From Eledone cirrhosa (taxonomy: Eukaryota), in NCBI GenBank assembly GCA_964016885.1, contig OZ024762.1, positions 20,832,001 through 20,896,000 of the forward strand: a stretch of DNA of 64,000 bases. The letters run 5' to 3'. Of the stretch, positions 1-13,733 are shown piece by piece; within the stretch, counting starts at the first letter, position 1, and each line of letters opens with the position of its first letter. The notes beneath the pieces are model-generated. The model made no database searches. It saw only the letters and a list, made by a program, of their open reading frames with translations, and was not told the DNA's origin. Made by a program: the position numbers and the translations under genes.

Positions 1-29
1 ACAGTCTCGAGAGAATGTTAAATACAGGC

Positions 30-510
30 TTTATGTGTGTATGTATGTATGTATGTGTATGTAAATGTATATTTGTGTATGTATATGAGTGTCAGTGTAT
101 ATATGTATGTGTACGTAAGTATATATATGTGTGTGTGTGTGTGTATATATATACATATATACATATTATATTTCCTTCGAATGAAACAGTTCTAGTCCTG
201 TAGATATATTAAATACTATATATATATATCCATATAAATATATGTTTATATATATATGTATATTATGTGTATGTTTACATACATATATCTATGTCTGTAT
301 GTATGCATACATACATGTATGTCTGTATGCATACATACATGTATGTCTGTATGCATACATACATGTATGTCTGTATACAAACATGTATATATATATATAC
401 ATATACATACATACATACATACTTATATATATATGTGTGTGTGTGTGCATGTATACATACTTATGTGTGTCTGTGTCCATATATATGTACAAACACACAC
501 ACACACACAT
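30..510. repeat. Compound (TA)n/(TG)n/(CA)n microsatellite
   Basis: Direct dinucleotide and tetranucleotide repeats. The Y/I/C/V-rich ORFs are artefacts. Confidence 0.95.
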
Positions 511-854
511 ATAACTATATATCTGTTTGTCTCCCTAACGAAAAAAAAAAAAAAACCCAAAAAAAAACCAAAACACCCAACAAAAAACGATGAAATAAAC
601 AAGATGTGATCGAATAAAAATTATTGATGACGTTTCAGACAACGTCGGCCATTTAACTCCTTGACTTATGATTGATTGAAGTTATAAATTTGATTAAGTG
701 GAATTCTTAAAATTATTGACAAGTCCAAACTGTTGTTATCGACAATATAGTTACGTCCCAAAGGAGACTCCCATCGATTCTCTTGCTTCTCTGTCTGCCT
801 AATACTTCCATCTAGATATTAGAAATTACCAAATCTCAAAACTACTTTCATAAA

Positions 855-898
<44 letters not shown>

Positions 899-1267
899 TG
901 CTCTGTCTGTCCCTCTGTGTCTCTCTCCCTCTGTGTCCCCTCTCTCTTTCACTTGCTCTGTTTCTCTCTCTCTGATTCTCTCTATGTCTCTCTTTCTCCC
1001 TTTGTATCTCCTCATACCTTTCATTGCCCCTCCCATCTCTCGTCTTTGTCTGAGTTCAATTCCAGCCAAGGTCAGTTTTGACATTCATCCTTTTTAAGGT
1101 TATTAAAAAGGGACCAATCCAATACGGGGAATCGATTATTTATTTTTAAATTTTTTTTTTTTTTTTTTCCCCTCTGTCACCTGATCTGACTTGTCTCACA
1201 ATGCCAGGACAACTTGTCTAACCCATGCTAACATAGAAGATGGACATTAAACTGATTATATATATAA

Positions 1268-1317
<50 letters not shown>

Positions 1318-1386
1318 TCATTCAAATGAAGAAAAGTTGGTTGATCAAATACTCCACCGGCTTAAGTCAAGCAGACGTAAAGCCCG

Positions 1387-1439
<53 letters not shown>

Positions 1440-1592
1440 CCCCAGTTATCGACAAGTACTCTGTTGAGTAATGATCTAACTAGTTTTAAACTGGTTCTAT
1501 TCTGATTTATATATATATATATACCCGTCTAACCCATGCTAGCGTGGAAGAACGGACGTAAAACGGTGATGATGATGATGATGATGATACAT

Positions 1593-1815
1593 AGGCATGT
1601 GGCTGAGTGGTTAAAGAATTGGATTTGCAATTGTGAGGTCGTGTTATGTCCTTGAGCAAGACACTTTATTTCCCGTTGCTCTTTCTGCCCGGATTTGCGA
1701 CCGATAGATAGTATAAGCAATTGGAAAGACCAATGGAAACATTGTTTCCTTGGTCCAATTTGACGAGCTACACCCCACTTGTTAAGCGAATGAGGTCTGG
1801 GATCTTATCGATTGA
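1593..1815 (+). mobile_element. Older tRNA-derived CORE-type SINE copy
   Basis: Head ggcatgtggctgagtggttaaag and core tccttgagcaagacactttatttc. Its body (gaccaatggaaacattgtttccttggtc) recurs inverted at ~18530-18753 and ~33150-33400. Confidence 0.75.
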
Positions 1816-1991
1816 CTGTTTATATATATATGAGAGAGAGGGAGATTGGCCCTGTGCAAAGCCTTTCCTCACTTAAAAAAACTTCAGGCATCGCTTGATA
1901 TGTGACAATTTGTGCGATGCATGGTATTGCTGGCCATAGGGTGGAGTGTTTTGGCTAGTTTAGTTAGGGTTTTATAAGGAAACACACACAT

Positions 1992-2025
<34 letters not shown>

Positions 2026-2262
2026 TTTCTTTTCTCACCCTAAGAGTCTTCACTATTTCATAAGCTATTTTTTAGCATCTCCAAACATAAACGCATCACA
2101 CTTTATATTAAACAGAGAGCGAGAGAGAGAATAAATTTCTACACTATCAACCAGTATTGAATGCTCATATGTTTAAAGGTTTTAAATACTACAGTATTTT
2201 TTCACACACACATAAATTATATATATATATATTTATATATATTTATACCTATATATATGTGT

Positions 2263-2310
<48 letters not shown>

Positions 2311-2340
2311 CTATATATGTGTCTATGTATACATACATAT

Positions 2341-2600
2341 TTGGTGGCTGCCAACTCGTTTTCGAGTACGGCCACTACTTTATATCCATGTAGGAGAACC
2401 CCTACCGATGCGTTAAACGAGTGACTTTTTAGTCCAGCCAGCGACTTGAAAACTCTGGCACAAACACTACACTTGTGACAATTATTGAAACATAGTGCTG
2501 GGCCCATGGTACCCTGTGATGACAAGTGCAGAGAGATCTCCAGATATAAAGCAATGCCTGTGCCGTGAAGCTTTTATAGTGAGCAAAGGCACTGCACAAA
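2341..2600 (-). mobile_element. Decayed 3' end of an RTE-clade LINE with C-terminal C2H2 zinc finger
   Basis: Minus-strand translation gives WRSLC and, in another frame, HKCSVCARVFKSLAGLKSH. This matches the CxxC..R.F.S..GL.SH motif at the end of many RTE ORFs. Confidence 0.6.
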
Positions 2601-2771
2601 GCCAGTCCCACTCTCTTAACCAAGATGATATTTACCAAAAATAAGAAAAAAATCAACATCATTGGATACCATCAGCATTGCAGGTGTTATATCAGGGTTT
2701 TCCTTCTAGAATTCTGCCTTGACAAAGGCTAAGGGGTCATCTCTACCGGAGGCTAAGGGGTCATCTCTCCC

Positions 2772-3302
<531 letters not shown>

Positions 3303-3309
3303 TGATGGA

Positions 3310-3654
3310 GGCACATGGCTTAGTGGTTAGAGCATTGGCCTTGCAATCAAAAGGTTGTGAGTTCAATTCTCAGACCGGGTGATGTGTTGTTTCCTTGAGC
3401 AAGACACTTTATTTCACATTGCTCCAGTTTACTCAGCTGTAGAAATGAGATGATAGGGACTGAGGTCCATATCATTCCACTGCAAAGTGGTCGTGGAGGT
3501 GCCACGGCAAAAAAAGCACCCAGCACTCACTGTAAATGAGGTTGGTGTTAGGAAGGGCATCCAGCTGTAGAAATCAAGCCAAAATCAGTTCCCGTCCCAC
3601 CCTTGCAAGCAGGGAAAAAGCGGACGTAAAATGAAATGATGATGATGATGATGA
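3310..3654 (+). mobile_element. Young tRNA-derived CORE-type SINE with RTE-like 3' end and (GAT)n tail (family A)
   Basis: A-box tggcttagtggtt, B-box-like gagttcaattctc, MIR/CORE-like ccttgagcaagacactttatttcacattgctccagtttactcagctgtagaaatg. The 3' part is shared with the RTE 3' UTR. Five more near-identical copies occur in the window. Confidence 0.9.
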
Positions 3655-4152
3655 TATATACATATATATATACATATATATACATATATATACATATATA
3701 TACATATATATATACATATATATACATATATATACATATATATATACATATATATACACATATATATACATATATATATACATATATATACATATATATA
3801 TACATATATATACATATATATACATATATATACATATATATACATATATATACACATATATACACATATATATACATATATATACATATATATACACATA
3901 TATATACATATATATACACATATATATACATATATATACATATATATACATATATATACATATATATACATATATATACACATATATATACATATATATA
4001 CACATATATATACATATATATACATATATACACACATATATATACACATATATATACATATATATACACATATATATATACATATATATATACATATATA
4101 CATATATATACATATACCTATATATATATATATATATATACATATATATATT
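3655..4152. repeat. (TA)n/(TACA)n microsatellite tract
   Basis: Direct inspection. Confidence 0.97.
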
Positions 4153-4528
4153 AAAACTGCCTATTGCAACATGTAAAATTGTTGATTCAAATTCTTAATA
4201 CCCTAATCATAATCAGCATATTATCATTATCATTAATTTAATCTCTTGAAGATAAAATAAATATCTAAATATGAAGTTTTCAGCTGCCTAATTTGGTGCT
4301 GTTACCTGCAGTAAAAACTGCATGATAATACCTAATGAGATACATTTATCTACAATAATGTGTAGGAGTTCACCTACACATATTCAACATCTTAAACTAC
4401 TCTACTGGGAAAACACCCACACATACACACACACACACACACACTCGCACACAGAGGCAATAGCAAAGTGAATAACAGTAAATGATATTTAGTGGCAACA
4501 TTTGAAAATAAATGGAAAGATAAATAAA

Positions 4529-4571
<43 letters not shown>

Positions 4572-4572
4572 A

Positions 4573-4981
4573 GGCGCATGGCTTAGTGTGTAGGCACATG
4601 GCTTAGTGGTTAGAGCATTGGGCTTGCAATCGAAAGGCTGTGAGTACAATTCTCAGACCGGGTGATGTGTTGTTGCCTTGAACAAGACACTTTATTTCAC
4701 ATTGCTCTAGTTTACTTGGCTGTAGAAATGAGATGATAGGGACTGGGTTCCTTATCATTCCACTGTAAAGTGGTCGTGGAGGTGCCACGGCAAAAAAGCG
4801 CCCAGCACTCACTGTAAATGAGGTTGGTGTTAGGAAGGGCATCCAGCTGTAGAAATCAAGCCAGAATCAGTTCTCGTATGAGCAAGACAAGGTCAGCCGA
4901 CCGGACAATGCCCACAACAGGACAACCCGTCTAACCCATGCTAGCGTGGAAGAACGGACGTAAAACGATGATGATGATGAT
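4573..4981 (+). mobile_element. Family A SINE with duplicated 5' start and a longer RTE-type tail
   Basis: ggcgcatggcttagtg..ggcacatggcttagtggttag. The tail gagcaagacaaggtcagc...ctaacccatgctagcgtggaagaacggacgtaaaacgatgatg differs from other copies. Confidence 0.88.
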
Positions 4982-5323
4982 ACACACACATATATATGTA
5001 CAGAGAGAGAGAGATAGAAAGGGAGGGAGGGAGAGAGATTTAAAAAAAATGTTTAATTCAATAAATATAGTCGTGGTAGATACGAAAAAGAGAGGACAGA
5101 GAAGAGATTTGGAGCAAGGATTTAACACTGGCTGGAAAGGATTGTGTGTGTGTGACTCGATTTCAAGTAATGCCATCGCTTGATACTTAAGCTTGAACAT
5201 CAGACATGGCTTTATAGTCCAACCCTAACTAAACTAGCCAGAACACTCCACCCAAAATAAAATTACCCAGTTAAATAAAATAAAACGTAAAACCCCAACA
5301 GAAAAAAAAACCCCATCTTAATC

Positions 5324-5427
5324 CATGGGGTGTCCTCCAAAAATGTATAAACACTTCAACAGCATTTTAATAAATATAGCCTGTACATGTAATGAAAGTA
5401 GTGTATATATTTTTTGGGGACACCCTG
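5324..5427. mobile_element. Tc1/mariner-type MITE (degenerate)
   Basis: Inverted termini gggtgtcctccaaaaatgtata / tatatattttttggggacaccctg, followed by TA. Confidence 0.55.
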
Positions 5428-5747
5428 TATATAACTTTTTTTTTTTTTTACACAGCCTTCACAACCTTGCCCTTAATATTGATTTTATGTCTGTTTCTCA
5501 TCCTTGGATGGTTTGAATAAGGGTCAAGATCTTTTTTTTTGGCAGGTTATGTTATCTATGATTGAATGCTCTGTTTAACACCCTGGCCCTTCCCTTATTC
5601 TAAGTATGAGATATATCTCTGGTACACACTGACACTTTATCAAATCTGCTGGACATAGTGTTTATGGTGGACATAATCAAATGTAACCTCAGGGTTTTGG
5701 TTTTTTTTTTTAATAGATATTGTCACTGATATTTGTGACAACTGGCG

Positions 5748-5988
5748 TACACACATACACATAAATGGTACACACACACACACACGTGTACACTCACATG
5801 TGTACACCTACGTGTACACCCACAAAGATACATGTACATCCACACACGTACAGTGTACACCTACGTGTACACCCACAAAGATACATGTACATCCACACAC
5901 GTACAGTGTACACCCACCCACCCACACATATACTCATGTACACCCACACATGTACACTCACACTCAATGTACACCCACACGTACACAT

Positions 5989-6021
<33 letters not shown>

Positions 6022-6425
6022 TACACTGACACATGTACATTCACACCCATACACATGTACACAAATATTTAGACCCACACAAAATGTACACTCACACACA
6101 CGTACACTCTCACACACACATACATATACTCTCACACACACGTACACTCTCTCACACATGTACACTCTCACACACGTACACTCTCACACACACGTACACT
6201 CTCACACACACACATGTACACTCTCACAAACACACACATGTACTCTCTCATATGTACATCCCCCACCCCCCACACATATATGCACACACACATACAGACA
6301 CACCCTCATGTACACCCACACACATATGTACACCCACACACACATACAGACACACCCTCATGTACACCCACACACACATACGTACACCTATAGGTACACA
6401 GACACGCCTTTATGTACACCCATGT
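5748..6425. repeat. Degenerate (CA)n/TGTACAC low-complexity repeat
   Basis: Repeated catgtacac(a/t)c motifs. The H/T/Y ORFs are artefacts. Confidence 0.9.
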
Positions 6426-6595
6426 AGTGGGATAAAAACTTGTGCCTAAACCAGAAATCCTCATGTGGGCCCCCATTTGTTCATATTAGTGAGAGATGGG
6501 GAAAGCAGGCGAGACGGAGGCAGAGACAGTGGGAGTTTGGTTCCTTTTTGTGTTCGGAGCTGGTGTATATGTATATGTTTTGCGTATATCTAGAG

Positions 6596-7648
6596 CAGCA
6601 GTCGGCAACCAGTGGTCCGCAAGAAAATTTTGATGGGCTGCAGAAAAATTTGAATGTACTTATCTTTTTTAAAAAATTCATATTAGTGGTCTGTGGGATT
6701 TAAAATTCTGAATTTAGTGGTCCGTGGGATTTAAAATGCTGAATTTAGTGGTCCGTGGGATTAAAAATTCTGAATTTAGTGGTCCGTGGAATTTAAAATT
6801 CTGAATTTAGTAGTCCGTGGAATTAAAAATTCTGAATTTAGTGGACCGTGGAATATAAAATTCTGAATTTAGTGGTCTGTGGAATTTAAAATTCTGAATT
6901 TAGTGGTCCGTGGAATATAAAATTCTGAATTTAGTGGTCTGTGGAATTTAAAATTCTGAATTTAGTGGTCTGTGGAATTTAAAATTCTGAATTTAGTGGT
7001 CTGTGGAATTTAAAATTCTGAATTTAGTGGACCGTGGGATTAAAAATTCTGAATTTAGTAGTCCGTGGAATTAAAAATTCTGAATTTAGTGGACCGTGGA
7101 ATATAAAATTCTGAATTTAGTGGTCTGTGGAATTTAAAATTCTGAATTTAGTGGTCTGTGGAATTTAAAATTCTGAATTTAGTGGTCCGTGGAATTTAAA
7201 ATTCTGAATTTAGTAGTCCGTGGGATTTAAAATTCTGAATTTAGTGGACCGTGGAATTTAAAATTCTGAATTTAGTGGTCCGTGGAATTTAAAATCTGAA
7301 TTTAGTGGTCTGTGGAATTTAAAATTCTGAATTTAGTGGTCCGTGGAATTTAAAATTCTGAATTTAGTGGTCCGTGGGATTTAAAATTCTGAATTTAGTA
7401 GTCCGTGGGATTTAAAATTCTGAATTTAGTGGTCTGTGGAATTTAAAAATCTGAATTTAGTGGTCTGTGGAATTTAAAATTCTGAATTTAGTGGACTGTC
7501 GAATTTAAAATCTGAATTTAGTGGTCTGGGGGATTTAAAATTCTGAATTTAGTGGTCTGTGGAATTTAAAATTCTGAATTTAGTGGACTGTGGAATTTAA
7601 AATTCTGAATTTAGTGGTCCGTGAGATCCAAAAGTTTGGCGACCGCTG
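6596..7648. mobile_element. hAT (Charlie-like) MITE inflated by an internal minisatellite
   Basis: TIRs cagcagtcggcaac / tttggcgaccgctg. The 8-bp TSD atctagag (6588-6595) / acctagag (7649-7656) fits the NTCTAGAN preference. Confidence 0.8.
6683..7624. repeat. 31-bp minisatellite, ~30 copies (aatttagtggtccgtggaatttaaaattctg)
   Basis: Direct tandem periodicity. Confidence 0.97.
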
Positions 7649-7984
7649 ACCTAGAGGATCTACTTTTTATCATCTAAAAATACACTTATTATTAAGTTTC
7701 TTTTTATCATGAAATTATGTTGGAAATATTAAATCGGTGTGTCAAACAAAGGATTTTAGATAAAATTATGATGGAAGGTTTTTAGATAAATATAAACTCT
7801 TTAAAATAAAGTTTTGTATGTAGAACCAAAGTTGGTCTTAAGCGGTTTGGTATCAAAAAGGTTAATCAAATTATAGTGATGACTAATTAAGTTAGATTAG
7901 TGGCTAATTAAGTTTGTATTAATCTAATTAGAAATGCTTATACACTGATGAAAAAATAACAGTAACTTAATGACTTACTACTTC

Positions 7985-8590
7985 TTCGTCTTTTTATTCT
8001 TTGCCCACTTATTCCTGAGGGGTCATGGGGGCAGAGTCCTCAAACACTCCCTCCAGCGGGTCCTGTCAGAATCAACTCTCCAACTGACCCAGCTGGATCC
8101 CCAAGTGTGACCAGCCAAGCTCATGGATGTTATCCAACCATCTTGCTCAGAGTTTACTCATGGGTCTTCTACCTGTTGGTTTTGCTCGTAAAGTCTGTCC
8201 AGTGATTCTTTCCTTGAGACATTCTAACAAAATGCCCATAGTATTGGAGTTGTGAGCTCTCAATTCGGAGCTATGCACTCAAGTAATGTTACTCCAAAAA
8301 CCCTTCGGGGGAATCCCATTTCAGCCGCTTATATTCGCGATTTTATTCTTTCAGTCATTACCCAAGATTCATGACCATAGGTAAGGGTTGGCATGGAAAC
8401 CGAATTGAAGACAGCGAGTTTCGCTTTTATGCCTACCTCCCTTCTTCTGAATGCTGAAGCTGGTACATTATTGCCCCAGCTTTTGTAATTCTTGCACTTA
8501 ATTCAGCCTCCTGCCTTCCATCACTCATGAACATGGCCCCGAAAAACTTAAAACTTCTCTACCTGATTCAGTTGAACTCCATTCACATGA
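7985..8590 (-). mobile_element. Decayed RTE-clade LINE 3' fragment (second RTE family)
   Basis: Minus strand encodes F..FKFFGAMFMSDG, ...LTYGHESWV and KPTGRRP...RWLDNIHELGWSHLGI, with stops and frameshifts. A homologous piece lies at 46070-46410. Confidence 0.75.
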
Positions 8591-9294
8591 CTGACATTTT
8601 TTAAAAATTATTTCGACAAATATGGGAGAAAACTCCTGGCATATTTCAATATTATTAGACCTCCTCAACAAAGCGACACCTCATAGTAGTTACCATATAT
8701 ATGTGTATAAATGTATACATATATAAATGTGTGTGTGTGTATGTATTTATATATATATTGTTTACATTTGATGGTTTAACTACTGGGTAACTGGGTTTGT
8801 GATCCAGTCATTCCGATGAGGATACTGTGATGCAATAAGCAAAAACACTGTTATGTGTATCTTCCATCATAGATGTGGTGTCTCATGGTTGGTACAGGAA
8901 TAGTTTAATACTACAATGAAAATACAAGAAAGCTGGATTCCAATATCTTCATTTACATTTATTTACTATTATATTATCACAGTAAACACTTTACCTCACA
9001 ATTATCTTACATAATATCGAATCTATGAGATTTTGATATTATTTATTTTGAGAACAATAACTTAACATCAGTATGAGTGGCCAGTTAGAGCTGGTTTGAA
9101 CAGAAAGATGAGAGAATTCTGGCAGGATACGGCCAGTTTAAATGGTAAAGGGTTAATGTTGCACAATATGTGTGTATGTTTGTATGTTTGTGTGTGTATC
9201 ATGACACAAAGCACATTGTAAAGTGGTTGTGTACAGAGCTCAGATGCACTACAATGTATCCATTTATTAAAAGAAAATTAAACGAAACTTCAAG

Positions 9295-9622
9295 GTGGCT
9301 TAGTAGTTAGAGCATTGGCCTTGCAATCGAAAGGTTGTGAGTTCAATTCTCAGACCGGGTGATGTGTTGTTTCCTTGAGCAAGACACTTTATTTCACATT
9401 GCTCCAGTTTACTCAGCTGTAGAAATGAGATGATAGGGACTGGGGTCCCTATCATTCCACTGCAAAGTGGTCGTGGAGGTGCCACGGCAAAAAAGCACCC
9501 AGCACTCACTGTAAATGAGGTTGGTGTTAGGAAGGGCATCCAGCTGTAGAAATCAAGCCAAAATCAGTTCCTGTCCCACCCTTGCAAGCAGGGAAAAGCG
9601 GACGTAAAATGAAATGATGATG
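9295..9622 (+). mobile_element. Family A SINE
   Basis: Near-identical to 3310-3654. Confidence 0.9.
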
Positions 9623-10099
9623 CTATATGTATAAGTGTGTTTTTATGTATATATGTGTGTGTGTATATGTGTTTTTCTGTATGTGTATCATTGTCATCAT
9701 CACCATTTAATGTCCATTTACCCCCCCCCCCCCCTCCTCCATTAGCATGGGTTAGACAAGTTGCCCTGTTCTGAGACAAGCCATGTCCGATATGTCTTGC
9801 TCATACGGAAGTGGTTTGTATGAGCAAGACATGTTTGTATGTGTATGTTTTTATGTCTCTGTGTGTATATTTGTGTATGTGTTTTTATGTATATGTGCAT
9901 GTGTGTATATTTGTGTATATATATGTGTATATATATTATAATACACATGCACACAGCCATATTTGGAGTGTGGTTTACTTCCATATTTGGGAACTGAATA
10001 TTTAATGTAGCCATTTGGTATTAAAAATGGAGCAAATGACTGTTGTTGGTTTGGAATTGTAGACTAAATTATTCATAATTCATAGCCTTCCTATGCAAT

Positions 10100-10540
10100 A
10101 TGTTGTTGCTCTTGTGGTGGTTACTGTTGTTGTTGTTGTAGTGGTGGTTGTTGTGGTTGCTGTTGTAGCTGTTGTTGTGGTGGTGGTTGTTGTTGTAGCT
10201 GTTGTTGTGGTGGTTGTTGTTGTAGCTGTTGTTGCTGTTGCTGCTGTTTTTGTTATTGTTGCTGTACCTGGTTTTGTTATTGTTGCTGTACCTGGTTTTA
10301 TTATTGTTGCTGTACCTGGTTTTGTTGTTGCTGCTGTACCTGGTTTTGTTGTTGCTGCTGTACCTGGTTTTGTTGTTGTTGCTGTACCTGGTTTTGTTGT
10401 TGTTGCTGTACCTGGTTTTGTTATTGTTGCTGTACCTGGTTTTGTTATTGTTGCTGTACCTGCTTTGTTGTTGTTGCTGTACCTGGTTTTGTTGTTGTTG
10501 CTGTACCTGGTTTTGTTGCTTTTGTTGTTGTTGCTGTTGG
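10100..10540. repeat. (TTG)n-rich tract with 24-bp unit ttgttgctgtacctggttttgtta
   Basis: Direct inspection. The poly-Q/N/V/L ORFs are artefacts. Confidence 0.92.
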
Positions 10541-10819
10541 ACCACTGTCAGTTCCAGTTGTTTGAACAATGGAACAGCCTGCTTGTGAAATTAATCTGCA
10601 AGTGGCTATTCCACAGACACGTGTAGCCTTAGTATAGTTCTCAGGGAGATTCAAATTCACCATGACACCGTATGTGACAAGGTTGGTTTCTTGAATTACA
10701 GGTAGAACTCATTTTTGTTCTCTGAGTAGATTGGAGCAATCGGAAATAAAGTGTCTTGCTCAAGGTCACAACATGCTTAAGGAATCAAACTCACAAGCTG
10801 AACCCACTAAACTCTAATA

Positions 10820-10932
10820 TATAGACAGATAGACAGATAGATAGACAGATAGATAGACAGATAGATAGACAGATAGATAGACAGATAGATAGAGAGACAG
10901 AGAGACAGAGAGATAGAGAGATAGATAGAGAG
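10820..10932. repeat. (GATA)n/(GACA)n microsatellite
   Basis: Direct inspection. Confidence 0.95.
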
Positions 10933-10975
10933 ATGTGAATGTATGTGTATGAATATTTGTGTGTGTATATATATA

Positions 10976-11826
10976 CTAGCAGAATGGCACGGCGTTGCTC
11001 GGGATTCTAAACATAGATTCCAAACATGTTTATCCCTCCTTTCTGAAACAGTACAGAGAAGTACGGAATACCTCAGCCTGGGGATGGTGTCTACATTTTG
11101 TGCTTATAAAAAAAATTTGGCGTAGATTACCAGGGGTTTAACTTAACTGGGTGCCTGAGAGTAAAATGTTCAACCCACGAAAGCCAAGACAATAGGGTTA
11201 AGTAAAAAGGCATTTGACAAACCGAACATGTATTTGTTGTGCTATGGTACAACGAAAGCAATAGTTACAGAGCAGTAAGCATGTGGGACTGCAGTGGTGG
11301 AGAGCATGAAGGAATTTAGTTGGATACTTTTAAGGTTACAGGCCCTAACACAACCAAAATGCTAAACAATGCGATCCCTGGGCAAAAATTTGAAATCTTT
11401 TTCAGTGAAGAAAATTTGTGAAACATAAGTAATGCATATGCAAAGTTTTAAAAAAATCAGTTGGGTACTTCTCAAGTTACAGGCCTTAACGCAACCAAAA
11501 TGCTTTAAAAAATCGGTTTTTCGCCTAATGTAGTCCCTGGGGCAAAAAATGAGAAAATCTTTTGCTCCAAACACTTTAAACGACATAAGTAATGCAAATT
11601 TTGAAGAAATCGCATGGATTATTGTTCCGTTATGCCTAAAAAAAGCCTTTAAAGCCTACAATATGCGGTTTTTCGCCTAATGCGGTCCCTAGGGCATTGA
11701 AAATTTGAAATATATTTTGCTCAAAACACTCACACGACCATAAGTATTACATGTGTAAAAATTGGCTGGGTGGTTCTCGAGTTTTAGGGAAACACAGATA
11801 GACATTCTCTGTTTTATATATATAGA
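10976..11826 (-). mobile_element. Non-autonomous Helitron
   Basis: Minus strand starts A|TCtatatatataaaacagagaatgtctatctgtg and ends cccgagcaacgccgtgcc-attctg-CTAG|T: 5' TC, GC-rich subterminal hairpin-like motif, 3' CTAG, A-T insertion with no TSD. Internal imperfect repeats at 11330-11790. Confidence 0.75.
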
Positions 11827-12491
11827 TATATATATGCACACACCTTAAAATAAGGTATGGGTTAGCATCAAAAAGGTCAACTGCTCATAGAAACCCTGTC
11901 AACAAAACACCTGCCTAACCCATGCAAGTATTGATGTAAAAACGATGATGATGATGTTGGTTTTGATAATGATGATGGTGTTGATAATAATGATGGTGGT
12001 GATGGTGATGGTGATGGTGATGGTGATGATGGTGGGGGTGGTGGTGATAATGGTGTTAATGATGATGGTGTTGGTGATAATGATGGTGTTAATGATGATG
12101 GTGTTGATGGAACTATAGTTACTAAAAGTCATCTGCCAGATATTTTCAATGGAAGCCACCACCATTTATGGTTCCTCACAATAAAGTTTTATCTTTCTAA
12201 TCAATATTTTAATTAATTCATAAACCTAAAATCATTACTTAACTTTTAACAGTAACACACACTCACACACACACGCACACACTCACTCACCATACACATT
12301 CACACACGCATATGCACAAACACACTCACTCACACTTGCATTCACACTCACTCACACTCACACACACTCACTCGCTCGCTCACTCGCTCACTCGCTCACT
12401 CGCTCACTCGCTCACTCGCTCACTCACTCACTCACTCTCTCTCTCACCAATGCACACACGCTCACTCTCACCAATGCACACACACAAATAA

Positions 12492-12546
<55 letters not shown>

Positions 12547-13514
12547 AGACAATGAATTTTTAAAATTTTGAATCTTTCTATAATTGCTTATATTGATTAG
12601 GTTTAAAATTTTGCTAGCAATTAAATGTTGCTTGAAGCATTTTACATTTCTTCAAATTCTGTTATCTTTTTATAAAAATATATGAAGTACACATTTTTTC
12701 TTTTCATTCTGATATTATTATTATTATTATTATTTTGATGATGATGATGATGATATTACTTCTTTAATATTAAAAAAAAAAAGATATTTATTATGGAAGA
12801 AACCAAGATTTGATAGTAGTGATGGTGAGCAAATTAATTACATTTTAAAACAAAGCTCAATTAATATTTAATTTTCTTCCTTCTGTGTCAACAATACCAA
12901 CAAGAACAAGAAGAAAATGCATTGGTTTAAATAACAATGGAATACTGCCATCATCATCATCACCATTTAATGTATGCTTTCCCTGCTGGCAAGGGCTTGA
13001 CCTGTTTTATTTTGTCATAGTTTTATAGTGAGGACTGTGTGTTTTATTGTTGCAATATCAAAGTGATAAATAATTTGTCACTCCCCCAAAACAGTAATCC
13101 CTCTAGGGGTCGATATTCTACCTTAGTTTCTCCTCTTTCAAACCCCCAGATTTTACATAATGAATCAGTAGAACATTGGATTAAATAACATGTGGTAATC
13201 TGGCTCTCAGCAAATCCCACCAAGGTCAATTTTGACTTTTATCCCTTCAAGGTCAATAAAAACAGCATTAGTTCAGTTTTAGAGTTTAGTTTTCTTTTGT
13301 ATTTCTTTCTCACCCCACCTCTCTCTCTCTCTTATTCTCTAGAAGAAATCGGATCAGTTCAGATCTGAGTGGGGATGAGCTGCACTAGGTTTAAAGTGCC
13401 CAAGATATGTATATCACTATAACACTCTTATGACTCCAACTCCATTAGGAGTTATGGGTACATCCATTCCTACACCCCTTTCTTCACAGACTTCTACAAT
13501 GTCTGTTTGCCTGT

Positions 13515-13733
13515 TTAACCTTTTAGCATTTAAATCGGCCATATCTGGTCAGAATTCTCTTACCTCTTTCTGTTCAAACCGGTCGTAACAGGCTGCTCAG
13601 ACTGATGTAAAGTATTGTTCTCAAAATAAATATCAAAATCTCATAGATTCAATATTATATGAGATAATTATGTGAGATAAAGCTTTTACTGTAAAATAGT
13701 AAATGCAGAGTAAAGTGAATGCTAAAGGGTTAA
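13515..13733 (-). mobile_element. piggyBac-type MITE, family 1
   Basis: ttaaccttttagcattt ... aatgctaaagggttaa termini. Internal sequence is shared with 18979-19175, 19657-19858, 29754-29968 and 45629-45852. Confidence 0.8.

Noticed and set aside
3310-3385. tRNA gene
   Set aside because: A and B boxes are present, but the sequence continues into a SINE body in six copies and no complete cloverleaf is evident.
10069-10663. Poly-Q/N or hydrophobic ORFs
   Set aside because: Trinucleotide-derived low-complexity repeat.
13044-13229. WD40-like peptide CSTDSLCKIW
   Set aside because: It overlaps a decayed SINE B head on the opposite strand and has no convincing splice sites. Likely coincidence.
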